From Hyphochytrium catenoides (taxonomy: Eukaryota > Protista > Hyphochytriomycota), in the NCBI GenBank assembly GCA_900088475.1, contig FLMG01004041.1, positions 1 to 33,155 of the forward strand: a stretch of 33,155 nucleotides of DNA. Direction: 5' to 3'. Below the pieces are notes generated by a model. It was not told the origin of the DNA, did no database searches, and saw only the letters and a program-made list of their open reading frames with translations. Shown here piece after piece: positions 1 through 11,796 of the stretch. The number at the start of each line of letters is the position of its first letter. Within the stretch, counting starts at the first letter, position 1. The position numbers and the translations under genes were made by a program.

Positions 1-1342
1 AGAGGGAACCTCCGGCTTACTTCCAGCGATCTCGTCAATCTCAGCCATGATCTCAGGCGTTAGCTTTGGCACGAAATCCAATGCCTTGATATTCTCATCC
101 AGCTGTGGGATCTTGGTTGCTCCCAGAATGACAGTGGAGACATTCTTGTTTGCCACGCACCAGGCAACAGCAAGCTGAGCTAAGCTGCACCCAATCTTAT
201 CGGCCACACCCTTCAAACGATCAGTGGTCTCCAGTCTCTTAGGATCCTTGAGCACAATGTCCTTTAACCACTTGTAGTCTGGAAGGTCTAAACGTGAGCC
301 CTCAGGAATGTTGCTGCCACTGTACTTGCCAGTTAAGACGCCAGACGCAAGAGGACTCCAGATGGTCAGTCCGTACTTATAGTCCTGAATCGGTTCTCAG
401 ATGAGCATGAGTCTTCAACGATCGTCGCCGATCAATAGATACTAACCTGGTAAAGTGGAAGGTACTCATACTCGACTCTCTTGCGCTCAAATATGTTATA
501 TTGCGGCTGATCCATGACCTGAGAAAAGGAAATAGCGATATGCGGCGGACAGATCAGTAAAGAGTTCTATCCTTCTAGGACCAAGAGAATCATCCATGAT
601 AAACAAGCTTGGTAAAGAGCCAATCACTTTTCTTGCAAGGGAAGAACCGATCGAAACTTACAGGACGGATAAGGTTCAGCTTGTCAGCTATTCTGCAGGC
701 CTCACTAATCTGTTGGGCACTCCACTCGCTCGTGCCCCAATAAAAAGCGAAGCCCTTTTCAATGACGTAGTTCATAGCCCGAACAGTCTCCTCAATAGGT
801 GTTTCTGCGTCAGGCCGGTGGCAGAAGATAAGGTCTACATAGTCCAGGCCCATTCGCCTGAGGGACGCCTTGGTGCCTTCAATAATATGCTTTCTGCTGA
901 GGCCAGCGCCATTGGGCCCGCCCAATGGACCCCAGAAAATTTTGGTGCTGAGAACCTTCAAGAGGTGCGGTCAGTTAAAAGCGGCAACTATTGTGTCTTA
1001 ACATATGCGCCTCGGCTTACCAGGTCTTCTCTGTGCCACTCCTTCCGTTCGATGCCCATCTTAACTACCTTTCCCATAATCTCCTCTGACTGACCCTTCG
1101 CGTAGGCTTCAGCATTGTCGAAGAAGTTAATCCCAGCTTTGTAGGCATGGAGCATAAGCTCGTAGGCCTGCAGAAGTAAGCCATGCAAAAGCACTTGAGA
1201 CGATCTAAACACGGACAGAACTGACCAATGATGCAGTCCACATTACCTTTTCAACATCAACTTGCGTGCCGAAGGTTACCCAGCTGCCGAACGACAGCTC
1301 AGAGACGAGAAGTCCACTGTTACCAAGGTGCCTGTACTTCAT
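1..1342 (-). CDS. Aldo-keto reductase, voltage-gated K+ channel beta-subunit-like (AKR6/KCNAB family); 3' end runs off the window
   Basis: Spliced translation: [25 protein letters not shown]...[14 protein letters not shown]...STKIFWG...[10 protein letters not shown]...DLIFCHRPD...YWGTSEWSA...QPQYN...[17 protein letters not shown]...QLAVAWC...TVILGATK. Four GT-AG introns at about 1168-1246, 956-1020, 519-661 and 386-446. Confidence 0.93.
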
Positions 1343-1456
1343 GTTGGCGGTGAAATATAACGGAGATACGCCAGCTAGCAATGCTACGGAGGAGAATTCA
1401 ACTGTCGCCTTTGGCTGAAGATTGGAAACTGTTGTTCCACGTCAGGATCTTCCTTC

Positions 1457-1464
1457 TTTATATA
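1457..1464 (-). promoter_or_regulatory. Candidate TATA box (TATATAAA) upstream of the AKR gene
   Basis: TATATAAA on the minus strand about 115 nt upstream of the ATG at 1342. Confidence 0.45.
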
Positions 1465-2935
1465 GAGGGTGAGGGTACGGCATCATTGAGGAACATCAAG
1501 GAAGGAATGATGCGAAACCTGTTGATAACCTCTTTCGAGATGACGTAGTAAGATGCGAATCTTGGAGCAGAAGCAACTTGTTCACCTCCGTATCTCGTAG
1601 TAATAGTAGCGCCTTACGTCTTCCTGGTTGCACACGATGCTTGAAATAAACGCCAAGCAGATCAGAAGCAGGAAGGGAAGATCTAACACTACCGGGGGAA
1701 CTCTGGATACTTTGCCAAGTAAATGGTGTCTTGCTCTTGCTTCCTTACTTCATCCCCTCGAAAGTGCTTCTTTCGAAGTGAACGTTGCCAGTGTAGCAGG
1801 AGTGCAAGCACCGCTGCCCTGGCGATCTTCGCCTGGCGGGAAGGGCTGAGCCGAAGGGGTGCATAGCATAATCAACTCGGTCCTCTGGTGGGACCAGCTG
1901 CATCTTATTGACTTCCCGTCGGTCACTTTCCTTGGTGAGGTGTTCAGTGCCATTTGCAATGCAGGTGTAAAGGCCATTACCGTCAGCCGACAATTCATCA
2001 TAATCAAACGGGAGCCCATGGCGACAACCCACATGGAAGGAGAAAGATAGAGAGGAGGATAGCGAGAGTATGTGAGTAACTAGGTGCCTTGAGCTCAGGT
2101 GCAACTCTTCCCATAGGTGTATGTATGGCTCTTACGGTCAACTCCTTGAGCGCTACGTGACAATAAATTCTCGTTAGTATGGCCCAGCGTTTCCTACGAT
2201 TGGCGTATGGACCTGCCTGGGTCCTCCTGTCTGGCAATATGGCGCTGTTCAGCGTATGGACCTGCCTTGACCCTTGTGTTTGACAGGTAGCACCCTGACC
2301 CTCTTGATTGGGATATGGATCTGCTTTGATCCTCCGCCGCAGTTGGTACTTTGATCACGACGGGCTTATGCATTTGGCAAAGGCAGAAAAAGCTGAATCG
2401 ACGCTGCTAGTTGCCTGAGGATGATCAAGGTAGATTTTTCATCAATGATGCGGATCGATCTCTGTCTGCTTTGCCGGTGAGCTGCGTTGCTTCAGGAGAC
2501 ACTCATTCTTGTTGGCTGGCGGCCGCCGCAGGCAGAAGGAAGAAATAAACTTGCCCATATCGTTATTATTAGGGCTTCGTTATCTCAGGGCTGCTATTCT
2601 TGATAATATGAGCTAGGAAATTCTGCATCTTTGCAAAATCATCCTCGGCCCAATTTAGCCCAGAGCATTTCCCGTTCCACAGCATTTTAGATAATCTCGA
2701 TTCAATTCTCGGCACGAGCATGAAAAGGCCTTGAACCAGATAAACAGAGAAAAGAGAAGTGGGCTTTTAGTTAGTTATTCCATCCATCTATCTGTCTGGT
2801 GTCTGGTGTGTCCATGCTTGTCCAGCCTGTCGTAGAGCTTCCAACCTTACGAAGGCGTGACGGACCTCAGGCCATACAACAGATTTTTCCATTTACGGAT
2901 CACCACCTTTGCCTGTTCAACTTGTCAGTTGGAGC

Positions 2936-3668
2936 ATGTGGTTGAAGGTATTTACTGCCACTAGCCTGCTGCTTGGCGCTCTGTTTTATCTTGGGACAGC
3001 ACAGCCGCATGTAAGGTCCTCCCACTGCTAACGGCTCTAAGCGGTCGATGCGGAGTGGCGACAAAGATGGCCACCACTGCAGACATCTTTCACGAGGTAA
3101 AGAATTGAAGGAGATACGAGAAGAGCTTTCATTACTAGGTGCCAAACTCCTGGAAGTCATGGCTACTCCGTAACTTCTAATTTTTGCGCACGAGAATAGT
3201 TTCAGCTATATCACGCTTCAAAAAGGGGAGCTCGAAAATCAATGCACTCCGCACCTCAATTTCCCCTCGGTACCAGCTCTCGTCGAGTAAGCAGCAGTTT
3301 GACGAGGTACAGGTGGAGCGAAGTCGTGAAATTTCAAGTTGGTGGTAGGTCGTCGCCAGCGCAGTAGGACAAGGGAAGCACTGCTAAGACACAACATGAC
3401 AACAGTGGCCAAACGTGCGGAGGGCGACTGTCCCACAGTAATATTGAGAAAGTCTCACCAGAAACATAAGGCTACAAATCGTTTACGGCGTGGACTGAAA
3501 ATGATCAAGCTGGTCAAGGTAAGCTGCACATAATTGACAGAATGTCGTCCAGGTTAGTCAACTGCAAGTCTCATAGAGTATGAACAGCGACGCCTTAAAT
3601 GGTTGAAGGGAGGGTCTCCACCTGCCATGAAAGAACCGTCCTTCGGCAAATCCAGTTCAGCACGCTAG
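2936..3668 (+). CDS. Putative small secreted multi-exon protein of unknown function; internal exons unresolved
   Basis: ATG 2936 encodes signal-peptide-like MWLKVFTATSLLLGALFYLGTAQPH followed by a GTAAGG donor. Further donors GTAAAG and GTAAGC occur. Plausible last exons are YKSFTAWTENDQAGQ|EYEQRRLKWLKGGSPPAMKEPSFGKSSSAR*, with the stop 59 bp from the convergent PITP stop. Confidence 0.4.
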
Positions 3669-3727
3669 TAACTATGTCATAAGAGTTCTTGCCGATCTGA
3701 AGGACGGGTCCTCTATTATGGCTGACG

Positions 3728-5139
3728 TTAGTACTTGTTCTCAACTAAGCCACCCTCGGCACGCTTCTTCGCAAGTCTATCACGAGCTTCCTCTTCCAAC
3801 CGTCGAATATCTGCCATCGTCAGCCCGTACCACTCATCCGTCAAAGTGTAGCACTGAGTCAATTGCAAAGCAAGACGTTAGTCAATGTGTTCTCATGTTG
3901 CGTGGACTACTGGCCTACCTGTCTGAGAGTGTTTAAAAATAGCTTTCGCTGTGCATCAAGGATCATGCTCTCAACCTGAACATTAACCGTTAGACGAAGC
4001 GAAGAGGGCCATGGTGCGGGGGTCATGAAGACTCACCTTCCCACTTATTGGCCAGTATTCAAATTTTGCTCGCACCACCTGCGCGGAGAAAGGAATCTCA
4101 ACTATGGAAGTGGCAACGCAACCATCAAAGCTGTGCAGATACCTTGTAGCAAGTCATGACAGGTTCCAAGGTTTCGATCCAGTTGCCCGTCAGCGGGCCT
4201 CTGCCAGTCTTTGCTGAATGGTACTGCCGTTCCCAAAGACTTAGCAGGTGAAAAGGGCTTGGAAGGTGAAATGGAGGCACTTCTGAGTTACCTTGCCTGG
4301 GTCCTCTGAGGCCTTGTAAAGCTTGTCCGGAACAGGCTTCGCGATATCCAGTCTATAAAGGGAAGGAGGGTGGACCTAGTGACCATCATTGCCTTCTTTC
4401 TTTCGCGAGCAATTTCACTTACATCTCGACTCTCCTCTTCTTCAGCTCCGACGCGTCCATATTTAGCACATTCTCTGTTCATAACCGGTAAGATGCAGCA
4501 GTCGAGTGTCCAATAATTCTACCGCTTACCATTGTCGGCACGATCTGATAAGTGCACAGATTCAATGCATATGTGAAACTTATCCTTGGAAAGGTATCCT
4601 GCAGCCGTCCCCAATATGTTAGACCATTCTCTTCTGCCTTTCCATGGAGCAAACCCATGTACCATTCGTGATCACTGTGACACAATGTGGGTACGCGTTC
4701 CAAGCCTCCTCTATGAGGACAGTGCTATCTCTTGGGACGATTGATGTGACCAAGCTCGGAAGCTTGCTCGCGATAAAGTAGTACTTTAGAGTGTATTGTC
4801 CTGCAGTTTTGGGAACTTCCCAACCTGTGATTGCAGAGCGGCCAAGCTGGGGGAAAAATCAGCAAGGAGGAGCAACAGCTGTAGATGGAAAGCTTTAACC
4901 TTTACCTTGCCATCTCTGTTGTCATAAGGCTCATTTTTTACGATCTCGACGCCCTCGCCACCCCCTGTCTCTTGCTCGCTTGCTTTCATGACCATAAATA
5001 ACTGCAGAGAAAAGCCCAAGAGGGGGGATTCTTGTTAGATGTCTTTGAATTGGCCCAATAGATCTTACGGCACCTGAGCTACTTGGAATTCCTCGACGGA
5101 CATATTGAGAGGTATCCGAAACTCATGTATGATTGTCAT
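3728..5139 (-). CDS. Phosphatidylinositol transfer protein (class I PITP, PITPalpha/beta-like)
   Basis: Spliced: MTIIHEFRIPLNMSVEEFQVAQ|LFMVMKASEQETGGGEGVEIVKNEPY...GQYTLKYY...EEAWNAYPHC...KTGRGPL...MTCYK|VV...DEWYGLTMADIRRLEEEA...KY*. These match hallmark PITP motifs (ETGGGEGVE, AWNAYP, KTGRGPL). About 9 GT-AG introns; largely invisible in the ORF track. Confidence 0.93.
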
Positions 5140-6432
5140 TTTGTCCCTGCTTCAGTAATCAGGACTGATCCTACTATCTACAATGTCCGACTATCGTGGA
5201 GACTGCTTAGGTAGCTGATGTAGGTGGCGGCACCTTACATGCCCTGAGCAATCCCAGATCGCGATTTTCAATCCTGATGGCTAGCACACTTTGCGTGCTT
5301 CTCACTTGGGAGTGACGATTGCAGATGAAGCCAGGATGAGCCGGATGGGCCTATGGATATAGATAGGGTTTACAATGTAGGTACCGAACGGTAAGTTCCT
5401 CAGACCTCAAAGGCACATCTTGTCTCAGCACTCGTCGAATGCGACTGCAAGAAGTTTCCAGTTCTCAATAGTGTCAGTGCTTGTCGTTCCCACTGGGAAA
5501 CAGCCATACATAATGTGAGAGCAGGATAACACTCCAGCAACAACATGATGTACAAGAGCCTTGCCTTGTTGACAGCAAGCACTAAAGGGTGTCGTTGTGT
5601 GTAGATGTACACAGTACAGACCATGGCAGTATCGAAGGCCGCTACCGGCTCTCATTTACCCTTCCCCACCCAGACTAGTCCTTGATTCATTATCTAGTTA
5701 TCACTCCGGGGGTGGGTATGTCCAAAAACCTCTGAACAATGGCGTCTGCGTCTACTCTAAAGCTGGTAAAGGCCGTCATTGACGTCACTGTCTGTGTGTG
5801 TTTGACACCAGAAGTGGGCAGCCTCAGACGCGCCACAGCAGGGCGGGTTGGGTGTTTTACTCTACAGAGAGGGGAGGGGAGGGGTGTGATGAGGGTGGGA
5901 GGAGGGAGGTACAGGGCATCATCAGGGTCATGCAGGGAGTGCACTTGGTAAGTGATGATGATGGCACGGGTCCGCTGCTGCTGTAAGCTGCGCTTGCTGT
6001 TTGTGGGCTGATGAGCTGATAAACTGATGAGCGCGCTGGATAGTTCTACTGAGAGAGGAAACGGTCACATAAATACATGCGCGCATCTCATCGGCAAAGC
6101 TGCAACGAGCGCTCGGGCCTTTCTTCATTCATCCCGCGTGATCGTGGTGACTTCTCCTCACTAGTTCTCAAGGCCACAGCACTCTACGGGACATTCTGAT
6201 CCTAATATAGTAACGTGCATTCGAAGGGTCAATGAGGGGCTGCGGGCAACCGATCTAGCTGAGTGCGGAGGACTACAGCTGGTGCCGCTTGACGTTTTTG
6301 AATGAGGTGGCGCTGAGCTTCAGTGAGGCGGAGAAGGACTTGGCTCTACTTTGCCCAATAAGAATAAAGCCGATCAGAGAAAGGGCAAGCTGAGCCCTTG
6401 TTTTGCTAAGAAGAAGCAACGAAATAACAAAG

Positions 6433-8560
6433 ATGGGCAACAGGCAGGGGAAGCCTGCCAGTAGGAAGGCAAAGGAGAGGAATGCCCGGGAGGAAGCGTT
6501 AGCAGGGCAGCAAAGAGGCCAGGCTCCGCCACGCCCTGCCCCTTCAAGGAGTCCACACCAGCATCCATCGTCGTCATCAGGTTCCTCGATGTCATCTCAG
6601 AACGCTAGTAGCGACCCACCCCCTCCTCCTGCAGGGCGACCGAAGAAGGCACCCGCAATGGAACCCATTCTCTGTACGCGCTGAAAGCTTTAGTCTAAGA
6701 ATGATTGGCTCTTCTGCTCACTGCCACTTTACCCCTCACCTCTTCCATTTTTAGCTGACGATGAGTCGGACCTTCCCGCTTTCACAGAGCAACTTGATGT
6801 CCGGGATGCCCCTAACGCGCAGAAGAAGGTGAGCATATGGCTCTTATTCTTTGTACTGCAGGCGGCTCAGCACTGACCTTACCCTTTCTATTAACGGATC
6901 TTAGATCAGCATAAATGACTTTCAACTGCTCAAGGTGCTGGGTAAAGGTAGCTTTGGCAAGGTACGCAAGAAACATAAGAAGCACAGGAAGAGAGAGCAC
7001 GTAGTAATGTTGATCATTCTTCCTCATCTAATGGAACTCCATGCCTGGTATCAGGTGATGCTGGTGAGAAAGAAGGACGATGGGGAAATCTACGCTATGA
7101 AAACGCTGCGGAAAGCGGCTCTTATCCGGAGAAACCAGCTGCTTCATACGCAGACAGAGCGGAACATCCTACAAAACATTCGCCATCCTTTTCTGGTCAA
7201 CCTGCAGGTGACGGTCCCCGCTACTCTTTACGTCTTCATCGTTTGCGTGATTGACGCTCACGTTCTTCACCCTCTCAGTACGCCTTCCAGACGCCGGATA
7301 AACTGTACATGGTGCTAGACTTCATGGGAGGAGGCGAGCTCTTCTTTTGGCTTAAGAAAGAGAGACGCTTCTCTCAAGCTAGGTGTGTTCGCTTCGCGTG
7401 TTGCCTTCTCCCTCCATTCTCCCTTTATTGCTCTTTACTCTGTTTCCCGCACCCTACGCTAACTTTGCACCGCAATAGGGCAAGGCTGTATGCTGCAGAA
7501 ATCCTGTTAGCCCTGGAAGAGCTACACTCGCATGACATCATATACCGCGACCTTAAGCCTGAAAACATTTTGCTGGACTTTGACGGACATCTAAAGCTCA
7601 CAGACTTTGGACTGAGCAAAGAGGCCGTGTCTGGGGCTGGTCCCAAAGGTAGCTTCCGTTGTAGAAAGTGAGGTCCATTCGTCAGCACTCAACCCCCTAT
7701 CCTTTAAAGGAGGAACCAAGACATTTTGCGGGACGCCAGAATATCTGGCGCCGGAGATTTTGGAGAACAAGGTAGTGAACCCTCTTCCCTTCCTGGCATA
7801 AGAGCTATGTAAGGATCTGACCGTCAGTTGTGCCACGGGTAGGGACATGGCAAGGCGGTAGACTGGTGGTCCCTAGGAACGTTGCTATATGAGATGATGA
7901 CAGGGCTGCCGCCGTTTTATGACCAGAACATGCAGCGAATGTATGACAAGATCCTCCACGCGCCGCTAAGGTACGAGCCGAGCTGATCGAGACTTTTTTC
8001 GGATTCTCTAGTAGATGAAACCTCAAGGGACTTATGCATCTTCTTCTTTCTCGCAGGTTTCCTACATATCTCTCTCCAGAGGCGAAGGATGTGTTAACGA
8101 AACTCTTACATCGAAAGATAGACGATAGGCTAGGCAGCGGCAAACGAGGAGGAGGAGACATCAAGGTTATCCTAGTTGGCATTTTTCTTCTGGGTACCTT
8201 AATGACCTCACCCTCCTTCTTTCACTTCCCCTCATGACTTGATATAGAGCCACGACTTCTTTAGGGTTCTCGACTTCACGAAAGTGTATAAAAAAGAATA
8301 TGAGCCAGATTTTAAGCCGCCACAGGGCAATGGTAAGCAGCAGACACATTATCCGGTTCTAGATCTCTTCTGGTTGATGTCACACCTAATGGTCATGATG
8401 TGTCGTAGGTCTTCTCGATGTACGGAACTTTGATAAAGAGTTTACTTCAGAGCGGCCGGAAGACTCTGTCGTCACTGGGCAGCTAACTGCTACACAGAAA
8501 GCCAAGGCAGAGTTCAAAGGCTTCACATTTGATGCGACTAATCTCCCGGACAGAAGTTAG
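6433..8560 (+). CDS. AGC family Ser/Thr kinase 1 (Akt/SGK/S6K-like, no PH domain, putative N-myristoylation)
   Basis: MGNRQGK start; [45 protein letters not shown]; AGC tail NFDKEFT and hydrophobic motif FKGFTF; 10 GT-AG introns. Confidence 0.95.
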
Positions 8561-8677
8561 CCGTGAAGCCTAGCCTACATGCGGAGAACATAGAGGCGGC
8601 GGATGTATCTAGGCAAGCACAATTATGTTATTAAATATTAGGTCAACTTCTTTTGACCCAGATCTCCAGCAAGCCGT

Positions 8678-11408
8678 CTATAGCCTCTGAGTGCTGACTC
8701 TGTTAGTTACGACCATGTGATTGCCGTCAATGTGTGTCGGCTTCTCTTTAGACGATTGCGCCTGAGTCCCAGACGAGCCGCCATTGAAGTTAACTCTACC
8801 GTTGACTACAAAGAGAGGGTTAGCCGAGCTCAGCACTGCTTCATTCACAGAGACGCCATCCAGATATTGCTTTAACAGCGATTGGAGCTGCTGGTTTTCT
8901 TGCGTCAGCCTATCCTTTTCTCTCTGCATTGCCAGCTGATCCAATAGTGCCTATGCAGAAATCCAAGGGATTTGGTGTTAGCTATAATGAACACGACGAG
9001 AGTAGCCTCCCATTGTACCTTGTTATGACGCTTCCAGAATCGGTCCAGGTAGTGCAGCATTTGCACTGGCTCTCCGGACTCTGTTACCCCTCGGGCCCGA
9101 AGCTCTTCACTCTTTTTATCGCTAGGCAGATGATCCTCTGTAGGCCCACGCAGCAGGAGATTGTGTGACTGTTGCTCCATGTCGTTGTCCAGTTTGCTCT
9201 CATCCTCAGCGGTGGATTCAAGAAAGGGTAGAACCTTCTCTCTCTCTGTCTCTTTCGCACGAGCTAGCTCTGCCATCTTTAGTATTCGCTCGGCCAATTC
9301 GACCTATAAATGTGTAAGCTTAGCCCAACCATTGAGATAACACCACGCGCAAACTTTTGCAGGGCCATCCATTGCCGCATAGGGAAGTACCTTGTCTTTC
9401 AGTGCTGCTTTGGTCTTTTGAGCAGAGATAGCCAGGTCTGTCAGACGCTTTTGTTGGTCCTCTCTGTACTTGTTCATGCTGTTTTTCAGATGATGATAGT
9501 GCCCAGCAATCACCTGCCCCAGAGTCGAACATGTTAGATGAAACTGGCTTCGACGGATCTGAGGAGAGGAGATGTATAGGACCAACCTCCTTCTCTTCGA
9601 CTAGGGCTTGGTTGCGTTGAGCACTTTCCTTGGTGTTCTGGCTGAGTTTGGTTCTCCAGTGGTTGATACTGGCTTGCAGTCTCTCAATCTTCCGCACCTT
9701 GATCTCAATCTCTTTAGATAGCTCCTAAGGATCGGGGGATATACCCGTGAGCTCCTTGGTCGGGCATGTTCACCACACACGGTTTGTAAGGCCCACGCCG
9801 GTTTCGCTTACCTGGTCTTTAGCAGTGAGATATTTAAAGTCCTGCGTCCGTTGGTCTGTCTTCTGCAGGTAGCTAAGATGCTCAGCCTCAAACTTCTGCT
9901 CCAGTTCCTCTATGGCGCTGGTAGGCAACAGTTAAGAACACGATAGAGACCACACAGTCGGTAAGATATGCGGTTCTATCAGCATTATCCTTATCAGCGC
10001 GGGTGCCGAACCTGTCGAGGGTTATCCGGAGTACGTTGATATCGTCTAAGTTCTTGTTCTTAATTTCCTCAGTGATCTGCTCGTGTTCCTGGAGAGCCTC
10101 GTTTTCCCTCTCTTTCTCTTCTTGTTCAATGGCCTCCAGAATGCCTGTTAAGCGATTGATATCCCAGGTGTGCTGAGGGGGGAAGGGGATCAGAGTTACG
10201 TTAGCTTCATTGCAGAGAATTAGAAACGCTGCGACCTAGTTGCACGGTACTTTAATAGGAGTTTTAGACGTCGGTCGTGTCAATGGAGAGGGAATGAAAG
10301 ACAGCGGCGGGAGGAACACGTCACCTGCTTGATGATCTGCTCTTTCTCTGCGTAGAACTCTTCTTCTAAAACACGAAGCTCTTTGTGGAACTCTGACTCG
10401 ATGCCCTTGATCCGCTCAGTCTGCAGTCGGAGAAGGCTATCCATGTTCTGGAGGTGGCTACGAAGGGCGATCTGGTATTGTTCCTGGAAAGAGAGCCAAG
10501 GCACGTCAGGACGCCTTCTCCGCTTCTATTTCACCTGGGACTCCTTCTTTCTCACTACTCTCTCTCTCTCTTTCTCTGTGTCGCTCTCTTCCTCCGGTCT
10601 CTCACTCATGTCATTATTTGTATCTGTGCACTTCCCTCTCGCTATTTGGTTGCCTGCTCACTGTCTTCCGCTCCCGGTTTCCTTCGACAATCTATTCCAC
10701 TGACCTCTGCCTCCGTCAGATCCCGGTCAAGCATCTGAATAATTGCGTCCTTCCTATCTGCATCACGCTCGTGGTTTTGACTGAGGATCTGCCCGTCATT
10801 TTCAAAAGGTAGCCAGGGCCGTAGCGTTACTATCTGTCTGTCCGACAAAAGAAGTTGTCGAAATAAAAAGAAGAGAGTACCTCGATGTCCTTCTTTAAGG
10901 TCTCGACTTTTGCTTGGCGCATGACTCTGCGCCACTGGTTCTGAATCTTCATCATGTTTATGCGGCTGTTGCGCTGCTCACTCTGCATATATTCCCGCAG
11001 ACGCTCCCTCTCGACCATCGCCAACCGGCGCTTCTGGTCTGCTTCTTCCTGGAGACGGATCTTCTCCTAGAGGCCGAGGACAAAGGAGAGAGAGTGCGGG
11101 GAGAAAGAGACCAAAGATGGACACGTAGTCGAGCGTCAGAACGGCGTCATGGCCTAAAGAAGAGAGAGTAGCAGCCAACTCACTTGCAATAAGAGCTCCT
11201 CTGGACTGAGCTTCTGCTCTTGTCCCTTCCCCTTGCCCTTCTTCTTTTTGGCACCGCCCCTAAGACGAAGAGGTACCGCGATGGTAGATGAGAGGCTTTC
11301 TCGATCCACCAGGAGGGGCCTCTCAAGTAGTCGCTCATCCATCTCATCGCCGAGGTCAGCGGAGACCATATCACGCCGCTGTCGCTCACCTCTGCGTCCC
11401 TGCGCCAT
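8678..11408 (-). CDS. DRC2: Dynein regulatory complex subunit 2 (CCDC65/DRC2) with an N-terminal leader ending in LRLRGG
   Basis: Coiled-coil protein with DRC2 motifs [26 protein letters not shown]|[28 protein letters not shown]|[32 protein letters not shown] and [19 protein letters not shown]. Nine GT-AG introns. The start Met is uncertain among three in-frame Mets at ~11408, ~11369 and ~11342. Confidence 0.9.
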
Positions 11409-11599
11409 GGTTTCCTTGGTTTACAGATGAGATAGCAGGCAACCTTCAGCACAGACGTCAGGCCGGAGATAAAGAGACTCTGAGATGCACCGCGTGCCTC
11501 TAGATGCTTCCCCTATCCTTCTCGCTCCTTCCTCTCATTGTCCAGGCTTCACCTACTGCCGCAACGTTGGTCTTTCTCTCCGCATTTATATTCTCCCCC

Positions 11600-11796
11600 T
11601 GCTCTCTCTCTTTTCTCTATTCTACTCCTCTCCCAGTCACTCTCCTCCCCCCNNNNNNNNNNNNNNNNNNNNNNNNNNNTCTCTCTCCCCCCCTCTCGCT
11701 CTCTCTCTCTCTCTCTCTCTCTGTCTGTCTGTCTGTCTGTCTATCTGTCTGTCTGTCTCTCTCGCTCTCTCTCTCGCTCTCTCTCTCGCTCTCTCT
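11600..11796. repeat. Compound microsatellite (CT)n/(CTGT)n/(CTCTCTCTCG)n spanning an assembly gap (Ns at 11653-11679)
   Basis: Directly visible simple repeats flanking 27 Ns. Confidence 0.95.

Noticed and set aside
596-1093. 165-aa + strand ORF and similar antisense ORFs over the kinases, RMND5, METTL23 and CDC45
   Set aside because: Shadow frames opposite well-supported genes, with no motifs of their own.
2200-2335. CRISPR-like reading of the spaced direct repeats
   Set aside because: Only 2-3 short degenerate copies with irregular spacing, a eukaryotic context, and no cas genes.
5200-6400. Possible small gene between PITP and kinase 1
   Set aside because: Some splice-like signals, but I could not build a coherent spliced ORF or find a recognisable motif.
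11253-11408. Calling the DRC2 leader a ubiquitin domain or a ubiquitin-RPS27a gene
   Set aside because: Only the last six residues match ubiquitin, the leader is at most 52 aa, and the downstream sequence is DRC2, not the eS31 zinc finger.
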